A DNA stretch of 64,000 nucleotides from Candidatus Woesearchaeota archaeon. Its GTDB lineage: Archaea > Nanobdellota > Nanobdellia > Woesearchaeales > GW2011-AR4. The stretch's first letter is position 1. Every line of letters begins with the position of its first letter. Shown one piece after another: positions 1-9,022 of the stretch. The position numbers were made by a program, and so were the translations under genes. The DNA lies in NCBI GenBank assembly GCA_018303505.1, contig JAGVYA010000040.1, positions 6,809 through 70,808 on the forward strand. Direction: 5' to 3'. Under the pieces are notes generated by a model, which did no database searches, was not told the origin of the DNA, and worked only from the letters and a program-made list of their open reading frames with translations.

Positions 1-757
1 CTATGGCAATCCAGAAAAGCCAGAAACTTTTTATGATTTTTATGAAGGGGTAAGAGGAATTGCGGATGCTGCAAAGAATTTGTATTACAAAGGAACAACT
101 TATGCTGTGCCTGTTGTATCTGGAAATGTGAGCTTCTATAATGAATCCGCTTCCGGCAATGCAATTGATCCATCGCCGATAATTGCATGCATTGGCGTTT
201 TAAAAGATTACAGCAAGGCCATAACAATGAAGCTTAAGAAAGAAAACTCAGCATTGTTTTTAGTTGGAGAAAGAAAAGAAGAGTTTGGAGGCTCGGTTTA
301 TTATGATTTGCACAATGAAATTGGCGCAGTTGTTCCAATAATTGACTTTGAAAAAGAAAGAAACATGGTTTATGCTGTTATTGATGCAATAAGTGCGGGC
401 TTGCTTTTATCATGCCATGACATAAGCGATGGCGGATTGGCAACTACAATTTCTGAAATGATAATGGGAGGAGATGCAGATGGTGAAATTGGAGCAGAAA
501 TTAATCTTGATTTTTCAAATTTAAGAAATGATAAATTATTATTTTCAGAAACAAGCGGGTTTATTTTTGAAGTTGAAGACAAAAATATGCAAAGATTAAC
601 GAATTTATTCAGATTTTATAAGCTGAATTTGATGAAGTTAGGAAAAACAAATGGGAAAAATCTTGCAATAACTAAAAATAATAAGAAAATTATAAATTTA
701 TCAATTTCAAAATTAAAAGAAGCATGGACAAGAGGGTTTGTCGAGGCGTTGGAATAG
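1..757 (+). CDS. purL: Phosphoribosylformylglycinamidine synthase subunit PurL, C-terminal part (begins before window)
   Basis: PVVSGNVSFYNE and SCHDISDGGL motifs; frame open to window start; directly upstream of purQ. Confidence 0.95.
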   Translation, partial: YGNPEKPETFYDFYEGVRGIADAAKNLYYKGTTYAVPVVSGNVSFYNESASGNAIDPSPIIACIGVLKDYSKAITMKLKKENSALFLVGERKEEFGGSVYYDLHNEIGAVVPIIDFEKERNMVYAVIDAISAGLLLSCHDISDGGLATTISEMIMGGDADGEIGAEINLDFSNLRNDKLLFSETSGFIFEVEDKNMQRLTNLFRFYKLNLMKLGKTNGKNLAITKNNKKIINLSISKLKEAWTRGFVEALE

Positions 758-760
758 AAA

Positions 761-1573
761 ATGAGAAAACCAAACATTGCAGTCATTTACTTTCCCGGCA
801 ACAATTGTGAAGAAGAATCTCTAAGGGCTGTTCTAGCCACCGGAATGGAAGGCAAAATTGTAAGATGGAATGAAAGAAGAGGAATTGAAAAATACGATGG
901 ATTTATTATTCCAGGAGGCTGGGGATATGAAGACAGGATTAGAGCAGGGGTTATAATGGCAAAGGATCCTGTTTTTGACTTGATAAGAAAAGAGGCAGAA
1001 AATGACAAGCCAGTCTTGGGAATTTGCAACGGCGCGCAAGCTTTGGTTGAATGCGGCATGATACCCGGGCTTAAAGATAATGTTGAAATGGCATTAGCGC
1101 CAAACAAAAATCCTTTTGTGAATGGTTATTACTGCGCATGGGTTTATATTAAAAGTACAGAAGAACAAAATAGGTGCATATTTACAAAATTTATAGAAAA
1201 AAATGAAGTAATCCCAATTCCAATTGCGCATGGCGAAGGCAGGTTTATAACCAAAGACAAGGAGTTGATTTCCAAATTAATCAAAAACAAGCAGATTATT
1301 TTTAGGTACTCAACAAAAGATGGAAAAATAGAGGAAAGCTTTCCAACAAACCCCAATGGAGCGGTTGATAACATTGCTGCAATATGCAACAAAAACGGAA
1401 ATGTGATGGCCATTATGCCTCATCCTGAAAGGGCTTCTTTCATAAGGCAGCTGCCTGATACAACTGAATTAAAGAACAAGTTTGTTGGCAATGCAAAGGC
1501 AATGGAGGATCCTGCGCCTGCAATGCATGTTTTCAAATCAATGAAAAGTTATATCGAGGAGGAGATTTTGTAA
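761..1573 (+). CDS. purQ: FGAM synthase glutaminase subunit PurQ
   Basis: FPGNNC, LGICNGAQ (catalytic Cys), IAHGEG, NPNG, MPHPER motifs. Confidence 0.97.
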   Translation: MRKPNIAVIYFPGNNCEEESLRAVLATGMEGKIVRWNERRGIEKYDGFIIPGGWGYEDRIRAGVIMAKDPVFDLIRKEAENDKPVLGICNGAQALVECGMIPGLKDNVEMALAPNKNPFVNGYYCAWVYIKSTEEQNRCIFTKFIEKNEVIPIPIAHGEGRFITKDKELISKLIKNKQIIFRYSTKDGKIEESFPTNPNGAVDNIAAICNKNGNVMAIMPHPERASFIRQLPDTTELKNKFVGNAKAMEDPAPAMHVFKSMKSYIEEEIL

Positions 1574-1574
1574 A

Positions 1575-2600
1575 ATGAAAGCCATAGTTTTACATAACAA
1601 AGGAAATGCAGACCAGCTAAAATTCGAGGAAGTTGAAACTCCAAAAATAAATGATGACAAAGTTCTTGTTAAATTAAAAGCTGCTTCAGTCAACCATCTG
1701 GATGTATGGGTTAGAATGGGGCATTTTCCAGTCAGTTATCCTGTAATTCTAGGATGCGAAGGCGCAGGCGACATTGCTGAAGTTGGAAAAAATGTTCAAG
1801 ATTTTAAGAAAGGAGACAAGGTTGTTGTGCTGCCAAGCATAACATGCGGGCAATGCGAATATTGCTTAACAGGCAATGATAACTTGTGTAAAAATGCAAA
1901 AAGATTGGGAATGACGGTTAATGGCTGTTATTCTGAATATGTTAAAGTTCCGCAACAGAATTTACTTTTAATGAATGATAAGATTAGCTATGAAGAAGCA
2001 GCTTCTGTGCCTGTGACTTTTGGCACTGCATGGCGTGTTTTGATGAGCCTTGCAAAGATAAAGCCGGGAGAAACAGTGCTCATACAAGCAGCTGGCTCTG
2101 GTGTTGGCACTGCTGCAATACAGATAGCAAAATTGGCAGGGGTAAAAGTGATTGCATCAGCAGGAAGTGACGAGAAGCTTGACAGGGCAAAAGAGCTTGG
2201 GGCAGACTTGCTGGTTAACTACTACAGAAACCAGAATTTTGATGAGGAAGTCAAATATTTGACGAATGGCAATGGCGTTGATGCTGTTATCGAGCAGATT
2301 GGAGGAAACATATTGCCAAGAGCTTTGAATTGTTTGAAAAAAGGCGGAAGATTGGTTACGCTTGGCACAACCGCAGGCAATAAGATAGAGATTGATGTGC
2401 AGCATTTTTACAGGAACAATTTAACAATGCTTGGAACATCAGGCATTACCCAAAAAGAAATTAGAGACGTGTTTGAGCTGGTTAAAAATGGGAAACTCAA
2501 GCCAGTAATTGACAGGACATTTTCCTTAAAAGACGCAAGCTTAGCGCATAAGTACATGGAAGAAAGAAAAAATTTTGGAAAGATTATTTTAAAACCTTAA
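1575..2600 (+). CDS. Zinc-binding MDR dehydrogenase / quinone oxidoreductase
   Basis: GCEGAG, structural Zn CGQCEYC..C, AAGSGVG nucleotide-binding loop, C-terminal GKIIL. Confidence 0.9.
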   Translation: MKAIVLHNKGNADQLKFEEVETPKINDDKVLVKLKAASVNHLDVWVRMGHFPVSYPVILGCEGAGDIAEVGKNVQDFKKGDKVVVLPSITCGQCEYCLTGNDNLCKNAKRLGMTVNGCYSEYVKVPQQNLLLMNDKISYEEAASVPVTFGTAWRVLMSLAKIKPGETVLIQAAGSGVGTAAIQIAKLAGVKVIASAGSDEKLDRAKELGADLLVNYYRNQNFDEEVKYLTNGNGVDAVIEQIGGNILPRALNCLKKGGRLVTLGTTAGNKIEIDVQHFYRNNLTMLGTSGITQKEIRDVFELVKNGKLKPVIDRTFSLKDASLAHKYMEERKNFGKIILKP

Positions 2601-2729
2601 TGACATGCAATAAGTTATTTTTTAAAATTAATAAAAGTTAATGCGTTATGCAAGAAAAGACAATATTCAAATAAAAAATTAAGTTCACATTAATAGCAAT
2701 ATCACAAAATAAATAATGAAAAAATAAAA

Positions 2730-3188
2730 ATGCCAACAAAAACAGTTGAGATGATTGTAAGCCTGAAAGTGCCTGACACTACTGCAATTACTGCACTACA
2801 AACACTTCAAAAAATTGGATTTAATAAAATCAAAAGCGTTAAAAGAGAGGATGATTACAAATTTTTAATTGAAGGTGATGATAAAAATTTCAAGGATAAG
2901 ATATGCAAGGTGGATATTTTGGTTAATGCTAACAAGCATTCATATGAATTTTCAATATCAAAAGAAAATGATATAAAAATTTTAGTAAAAAATATAAATG
3001 ATGATGTAAGTGGCTTACTATCAACATTAAAAAATCGGCTTGGATTTAAAAATATTAAGAAAGTTGAAAAAGCAATACTGTGGAGCTTAACAATAGAAGC
3101 TGAAGAAAAAGAAGCAAAAGAAATTGCTGATAAAGCTGCAAAAGAATTGCTTGTTAATGAGCATTATCAGGAATATGAGATTTTATAG
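2730..3188 (+). CDS. purS: PurS-like protein with two tandem PurS-type domains
   Basis: PDTTAITALQTL..LVNANKH and a second repeat ending LLVNEHYQEYEI; about twice PurS length; purine-cluster context. Confidence 0.75.
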   Translation: MPTKTVEMIVSLKVPDTTAITALQTLQKIGFNKIKSVKREDDYKFLIEGDDKNFKDKICKVDILVNANKHSYEFSISKENDIKILVKNINDDVSGLLSTLKNRLGFKNIKKVEKAILWSLTIEAEEKEAKEIADKAAKELLVNEHYQEYEIL

Positions 3189-3196
3189 GTGATTGG

Positions 3197-3964
3197 ATGA
3201 AAAAAGCATTAATAATATTCGGATCAAAAACCGATGAAAAAGTCTATAATGAAATAGCAAAAGTTTTGAAAAAAGAGAAAGTTGATTTTGAGTTAAGAGT
3301 TAGTTCTGCGCATAAGACTCCAAAGGATGTTGAAAAAACTTTGCAGAATGATTACGCAGTTGTAATTGCAGGAGCTGGGTTGGCTGCTCATTTGCCAGGA
3401 GTAGTTGCTGCAAAAGTCATAAGCCCTGTTATTGGAGTGCCTTGCGGAGGCAACTATCAAGGCTTGGATGCTTTGCTTGCAATAGCGCAAATGCCTCCTG
3501 GAATTCCTGTTTTGGCTGTTGGCGTCAATAAAGGCGAGATTGCTGCTCAAAACTGCGCAAAGATGATAAAGAAATACGAAAGCGTGACAATAATTGGAGA
3601 CAAAAATAATGATGCTGCAAAAAAAGCAATAGAAACTTTAAAGAAATTCAATATCATTCCTGTTTTTGACAATAAGCCAAATCCTAAAACAATCAATATA
3701 GAATTCACTTATTTTGACGAGCCCATCGAGAAAAAAGGCGAGCTTGTCATTTACTGCCCGTTGCTTTTGGAAAAAGACGACAAGGCAGGAGCAGCTTTGA
3801 ACTTCCTCAAGCACACAAGCCATGGCCTGTGGGTTGGGTTAAACAATGGAATCAATGCGGCAATTGCTGCTGTCGAGATAATGAACATTGACAATGAATA
3901 CGAGGAATTATTAATAACCTACAGAAGGGAACTGGGGAAAAAGGTTTTGGAATCAAATAAGTGA
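3197..3964 (+). CDS. purE: AIR carboxylase/N5-CAIR mutase PurE with C-terminal extension
   Basis: SAHKTP, IAGAGLAAHLPG, PVIGVP, GLDALL..QMPPGIPV motifs. Confidence 0.93.
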   Translation: MKKALIIFGSKTDEKVYNEIAKVLKKEKVDFELRVSSAHKTPKDVEKTLQNDYAVVIAGAGLAAHLPGVVAAKVISPVIGVPCGGNYQGLDALLAIAQMPPGIPVLAVGVNKGEIAAQNCAKMIKKYESVTIIGDKNNDAAKKAIETLKKFNIIPVFDNKPNPKTINIEFTYFDEPIEKKGELVIYCPLLLEKDDKAGAALNFLKHTSHGLWVGLNNGINAAIAAVEIMNIDNEYEELLITYRRELGKKVLESNK

Positions 3965-4146
3965 AAATAGTGCAAAAAATTTTTATATTATGATTAAATG
4001 TCAGATTCTATTTATTGGATTTTTTACTTTAACTGTAGGAATATCGTACATAACATTCAAAAAATAATAAAAACCCGGGTTACAGAAACAGGCTATTGAA
4101 CCTCAGGTTGATTCGCACCCATTTAGAAGTAATTTAGATGCAGGTA

Positions 4147-4154
4147 TTTATAAA
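4147..4154 (+). promoter_or_regulatory. Archaeal TATA box for tRNA-Leu
   Basis: TTTATAAA starting 25 nt upstream of the mature tRNA 5' end. Confidence 0.55.
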
Positions 4155-4171
4155 CTTTTCGCCTGGGTAGA

Positions 4172-4271
4172 GCCAGGGTGGCAGAAGCAGGCATTGCGCT
4201 TGCCTCAAAAGCAAGTGGGTTCGCACCCATCTGGGTTCAAAACTTCCTTAGTGGAAGTCCCAGCCCTGGCG
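4172..4271 (+). tRNA. tRNA-Leu(CAA) with 16-nt BHB intron at position 59/60 (4242-4257)
   Basis: Acceptor GCCAGGG/CCCTGGC, anticodon arm CTTGC-CTCAAAA-GCAAG, long variable arm, T-stem CTGGG/CCCAG; removing ACTTCCTTAGTGGAAG restores T-loop TTCAAAT. Confidence 0.92.
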
Positions 4272-4320
4272 CCCAATAAACAATCAAAAAACCAAAAAAA
4301 ATTTAAACCACTAAACCAAA

Positions 4321-5289
4321 ATGCTCTCCGACACAATTCTAAAAAACCAATTAAAATACACTTTGGATAAAACCGACTTCAAAATCGGCAAAAAATATGA
4401 AGGCAAGGTTAGGGATAATTACATTCTGGACGGAAAAAGAATAATCATAACAACTGACAGAATATCTGCTTTTGACAGGGTTTTGTGCACGATTCCATTC
4501 AAAGGGCAGGTGCTTAACCAAATTTCAGCTTTCTGGTTTGAAAAAGCAAGTAATATTGTGAAAAACCACGTAATCAGCGTTCCAGACCCGAATGTGATGA
4601 TTGTCAAAGAATGCAAGCCTTATCCTGTTGAAATGGTTGTTAGAGGATATATAACGGGCGTTACAACAACATCTGCCTGGTATAACTATGAGAAGGGCAT
4701 AAGAAATTTCTGCGGCAACATCCTGCCGGAAGGATTGAAGAAAAACCAAAAATTTGACAAGCCAATTATAACTCCTTCAACAAAAGCAGAGCATGGCTTG
4801 CATGACGAATCAATTTCAAGAGAAGAGATAATAAAAAGGGGATTGGTGGATGAAAAGATATACAAAAAAATGGAAAAGGCAGCCCTTGCTTTGTTTGATT
4901 TTGGCACAAAGCTTGTTGCAAAAAATAATCTAATCTTGGTTGATACAAAATATGAGTTTGGCGAGCTTAATGGCGGGCTAGTTTTAATTGACGAGATTCA
5001 CACACCGGATTCCTCAAGATTCTGGATTAAAGATACTTATCAAGAATTATTTTCAAAAGGGCAAGAACCCCAAAAGCTGGATAAGGAATATGTAAGGCAA
5101 TGGCTTGCAAACAAAGGGTTTATTGGGGAAGGTTCAATTCCGAGCATTCCAGATGAAGTGAGGATAGAAACTGCAAAAAGATACATGACAGCTTATGAGA
5201 TGGTGACTGGCAAAGAGTTTAAGGCAGGGAATGAAAATGTATTGGGTAGGATAAGGAATAACTTAGAAAAAAGTGGAATTAAGTTGTAA
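4321..5289 (+). CDS. purC: SAICAR synthetase
   Basis: GKVRD, TDRISAFD, PVEMVVRGY, LVDTKYEFG, DEIHTPDSSRFW. Confidence 0.97.
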   Translation: MLSDTILKNQLKYTLDKTDFKIGKKYEGKVRDNYILDGKRIIITTDRISAFDRVLCTIPFKGQVLNQISAFWFEKASNIVKNHVISVPDPNVMIVKECKPYPVEMVVRGYITGVTTTSAWYNYEKGIRNFCGNILPEGLKKNQKFDKPIITPSTKAEHGLHDESISREEIIKRGLVDEKIYKKMEKAALALFDFGTKLVAKNNLILVDTKYEFGELNGGLVLIDEIHTPDSSRFWIKDTYQELFSKGQEPQKLDKEYVRQWLANKGFIGEGSIPSIPDEVRIETAKRYMTAYEMVTGKEFKAGNENVLGRIRNNLEKSGIKL

Positions 5290-5391
5290 TTAGAAAAATC
5301 CCAATTATTCACTCTGAATTAGGAATTCATTTAAATAAAATTGAAAAACAATTATAAAAAATATCACTCTAATTTTTAGGAGGCATAAAAA

Positions 5392-6546
5392 TTGATTAAA
5401 AAGATTGCAGTAGCGACGGGTGGTGGAGACTGTGGCGGACTAAATGCAACAATAGAAGCTGTAGTGAAAACAGCAACCAACTGGGGCATTTCAGTTGATA
5501 GCTTTAAAAGAGGATGGGAGGGTTTTATATTTGATATGAGAAGACCTTTGAGACTTTCTGATGTGGAAGGAATTCACTCATTAACCGGCACTCTAGCTCA
5601 AACTTCGAGGACAAATCCTTATAATTTTACAGGTGAATTGGGTGGACGATTTTTTGAAAAGGCAGATGTATCAAGTCACGTGGTGGAAAACATAAAAAGA
5701 GAAGGGATAGATGGAGTAATTATGTGTGGTGGTGATGACACTCTTAGTGTAATCCCGAGGCTTATAGTAGATTATGGGGATTTTATACCTTTTGTCGGAA
5801 TACCAAAAACAATGGATGGCGATTTGCAGGTTTATAGTTTAGGCATTGATACTGCAATTAATAGGGCAAAACATGTACTTGAAGATTTTGTCCCGATATT
5901 GAAGGCTAATGGTAGTATAGGTTTTGTTGAAATTTTTGGTAGGGATGTCGGTAGAGTAACATTTAAAGCTGGTATCTCTGGAGGGGCAGATGTTATACTA
6001 ATACCTGAAATATCTATAGACTTGGAGTATACTCTTGATTTTATTGCAAAAAGATATGAGGAAAGAGCAAGAAATAATGATGGAACTTCCTATGTTTTAG
6101 TTGCAGTTGCGGAAGGAACAGGGCATCCAATAACAAGAAAGAGAGTATACCAGGACAAAAGTAAAGATAGTTTTGGTCATGGAAAATTAGGCGGAATTGG
6201 TGAGGTACTTGCTAAACTAGTTTATGATAGATTAAAAGATGATACTAGAATTAAAATGTATGTAAGAAATTTAGATATAAAAACACAGAGTCCAACATAC
6301 AATGTAAGGGGAGGTGCCACATTATACTCTGATTCATACATAGGTCAAAAATTAGGGGCAGCGGCTGTTCAGTATTTGTTAAATGGCGCAAAATCTGGAA
6401 TGGCTGTTGTAAATTTCGACGAATCAGGACAAGTTCGATTAATGCCTATTCCAGAGTTGGTTAAACCTAGGACAGTTCACATGGAAGTACTAAACTTATT
6501 TGAGAAATCTGGATTGTATTGTTTTGGAAGAAAACCCGGGAGGTGA
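5392..6546 (+). CDS. PfkA-family 6-phosphofructokinase, probably PPi-dependent
   Basis: TGGGDCGGLNA, GGDDT, PKTMDGD, EIFGRD, DSFGHGKLGG. Confidence 0.85.
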   Translation: MIKKIAVATGGGDCGGLNATIEAVVKTATNWGISVDSFKRGWEGFIFDMRRPLRLSDVEGIHSLTGTLAQTSRTNPYNFTGELGGRFFEKADVSSHVVENIKREGIDGVIMCGGDDTLSVIPRLIVDYGDFIPFVGIPKTMDGDLQVYSLGIDTAINRAKHVLEDFVPILKANGSIGFVEIFGRDVGRVTFKAGISGGADVILIPEISIDLEYTLDFIAKRYEERARNNDGTSYVLVAVAEGTGHPITRKRVYQDKSKDSFGHGKLGGIGEVLAKLVYDRLKDDTRIKMYVRNLDIKTQSPTYNVRGGATLYSDSYIGQKLGAAAVQYLLNGAKSGMAVVNFDESGQVRLMPIPELVKPRTVHMEVLNLFEKSGLYCFGRKPGR

Positions 6547-6592
6547 TCCTTCAAAACCTTTTAATACCACCTTTCTTTTACTGATTTCCTCT

Positions 6593-7332
6593 ATGAACCT
6601 CTCCAAAGAAAAAAGAGTAATGCTTCTTGCTGCAAGAGAAGCTGAAAAAGTTCTAAAAAAATATTACGGCAGAAAGGTAGAAGTCAAAATGCTGATTTGG
6701 AAGCTGACAAGGCAATAAAAAGAACAATAAAAAAATATTTCCCAAATCACAGCATTCTTACGGAAGAAAGCGGTTTTGAGGACAATAACTCAGATTACAA
6801 GTGGGTAATCGACCCAATAGACGGTACGCACAACTTCTTGCGCGGTATCCCTATTTTTGGCACCTCAATTGCCTTGGAATACAAAAATGAAGTAATTCTC
6901 GGGATTCTTAATTTTCCAATGCTAAAGCTAAGGGCAATTGCGGAAAAAAACAGAGGAGCATTTTTGAATGGAAAAAAATTGAAAGTTTCAGCCAAGCGGG
7001 ACATTGACCACTCATTTATACTGATGGAATTTTCTTATGCCAACAGAAAAGAAAAAATAGGGTTCTTGGAAAAATTAATTCATGAAGCTATCGATATAAG
7101 GAATTTTGGCTCTGCTATCTACCATTTATTGCTTATTGCTTGCGGCAAATGCGATGGATTCATAGTCTTGACAACTCAGGAATGGGATGTCGCAGCAGGA
7201 TTTCTGCTTGTTGAAGAAGCTGGTGGGAAAATTACCAACTTACATGGACAAAAATGGGATTTCCACGATACAAGGTATATTATATCAAATGGCAAAATTC
7301 ACAATAAGCTCTTGGAATTTGTCAAAAAATGA
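6593..7332 (+). pseudogene. Inositol monophosphatase/FBPase family gene with frame break near 6688
   Basis: N-terminus MNLSKEKRVMLLAAREAEKVLKKYY in one frame; ADLEAD..EESG..WVIDPIDGTHNF..WDVAAG in another; a short segment appears deleted. Confidence 0.75.
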
Positions 7333-8078
7333 AATTAATAATTCTGGGAAGCGGAACAGCAGTTCCTTTATTGGAAAGAAATTGTGCAGGATACCTGTTA
7401 GAGGCAGGCAACAGAAAAATATTGCTTGACACTGGAGCAGGGACTATAAGAAGGTTATTGGAGGTAAAAGCGGATTTGTTTGAGATTGACAATATTTTCT
7501 ACACGCACCTCCATAACGACCACATCAATGATTTAGGTGCCATCATTTGGAGCAATAATTACGGCGGAATAAGGAAAAGGGCGTTAAATATTTACGGACC
7601 TTATGGACTCAAAAAATATTGCAGAGCTCTGATTAAAAAATTATTGAAACCGACAAAATTGCATTTTGATTTTATTATTGAAGAATTGAAAAATTCAGAA
7701 ATAAAAATTGGCAATATAAAGATAAAAACCCAGCAAATTAAACACAGCCCTGCAACTAAAAGCATTGCGTACAGAATTGAGCATGGAAACAAATCTCTAG
7801 TCTACACAGGCGATACAGAATATTGCAGCGAAACAATAAAAATATCAAGAAATGCCGATGTTGTATTAACAGAGTGCTCCTTTCCGGATAGTAAGAAGGT
7901 CGAAGGCCATTTAACTCCCTCCCTTGCCGGGAAAATTGCAAAACAAGCGAATGTTAAAAGGCTGGTATTGACTCATTTTTATCCTGATGTTCTAAAAACA
8001 GGCATCAAAAAAGAAGCTTGTAAGGAGTTTAAAGGAGATATTGTTCTTGCCAAGGACAAAATGGTCTTAAATATTTAA
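7329..8078 (+). CDS. MBL-fold metallo-hydrolase (RNase Z-like)
   Basis: LGSG, DTGAG, THLHNDH, YTGDT, GHLT, LTHFY. Confidence 0.88.
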   Translation: MKLIILGSGTAVPLLERNCAGYLLEAGNRKILLDTGAGTIRRLLEVKADLFEIDNIFYTHLHNDHINDLGAIIWSNNYGGIRKRALNIYGPYGLKKYCRALIKKLLKPTKLHFDFIIEELKNSEIKIGNIKIKTQQIKHSPATKSIAYRIEHGNKSLVYTGDTEYCSETIKISRNADVVLTECSFPDSKKVEGHLTPSLAGKIAKQANVKRLVLTHFYPDVLKTGIKKEACKEFKGDIVLAKDKMVLNI

Positions 8079-8117
8079 TGAACATTCTTTTTTAAAAAAT
8101 AGAAAAGTTTATAAATA

Positions 8118-9008
8118 ATGAACGATTTTTGCATAATGATGGAAATAGGCCAAAACTTAAAAAACAGAATCCTAAGGGCCCAAAAGAACGAGCTCACAGA
8201 GCATATAATTTACAAGAAGCTCTCTGAAATAGCAAGAAATGCAAAAATCAAAAGAATTCTTGAAAAAATCTCGGCCCAAGAGCTTTCCCATTACAATTTC
8301 TGGAAAAATTACTCACATCAAGTCATAGCGCCAAATTATTTCAAGGCGCATTTTTACTGCCTAATTTCAAAATTTCTGGGCTTAAATTTTGGCTTGAGGC
8401 TGATGGAAAGAGGCGAAAAAGCTGCGCAAACAGCTTATGAAGAGCTGAAAAAGATCCATCCTAAAATTAAGAACATCCTGAAAGATGAGCAAAATCATGA
8501 AGACAAACTTTTGGATTTGTTAGGCAAGCAGGAATTGACGTATACGGGCTCTATAATCCTAGGTTTAAACGACGCTTTGGTTGAGTTAACAGGGGCTCTT
8601 GCAGGCTTTACATTGGCGTTTACAGAAACAAGAATTATTGCAATTGCCGGGCTTATAAGCGGCATTGCCGCATCACTTTCAATGGCTGGTTCAGAGTACC
8701 TCTCCACTAAGGAGGAAGGAACAAGAGAACCAATAAAAGCAAGCCTTTACACAGGTGTTGCTTATATTCTTGCGGTTTTTTTATTAATCCTGCCTTATTT
8801 TATCTTTAAAAGTTCTTTACTATCTTTAGCAACAACATTGATTATTGCACTGCTAATCATTTTAATTTTTAACTTTTATATCTCTGTCGCTAAAAATATA
8901 CCTTTTAAAAAAAGATTTTTAGAAATGGCACTCATAAGTTTAGGTGTGATGATAATAAGCTTTTTTATAGGACTATTAGCAAGAAAATTCCTTAATATTG
9001 AAATTTAA
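8118..9008 (+). CDS. Rubrerythrin-like/VIT1-CCC1 family membrane protein
   Basis: N-terminal ExxH ferritin-like motifs; GLNDALVE..AASLSMAGSEYLS and TM helices. Confidence 0.88.
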   Translation: MNDFCIMMEIGQNLKNRILRAQKNELTEHIIYKKLSEIARNAKIKRILEKISAQELSHYNFWKNYSHQVIAPNYFKAHFYCLISKFLGLNFGLRLMERGEKAAQTAYEELKKIHPKIKNILKDEQNHEDKLLDLLGKQELTYTGSIILGLNDALVELTGALAGFTLAFTETRIIAIAGLISGIAASLSMAGSEYLSTKEEGTREPIKASLYTGVAYILAVFLLILPYFIFKSSLLSLATTLIIALLIILIFNFYISVAKNIPFKKRFLEMALISLGVMIISFFIGLLARKFLNIEI

Positions 9009-9022
9009 ATAATGGTGGGAAA

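Noticed and set aside
4112-4122. 11-mer TTCGCACCCAT matching the tRNA-Leu variable arm, a possible att remnant
   Set aside because: Too short, upstream of the tRNA and not its 3' end; no integrase.
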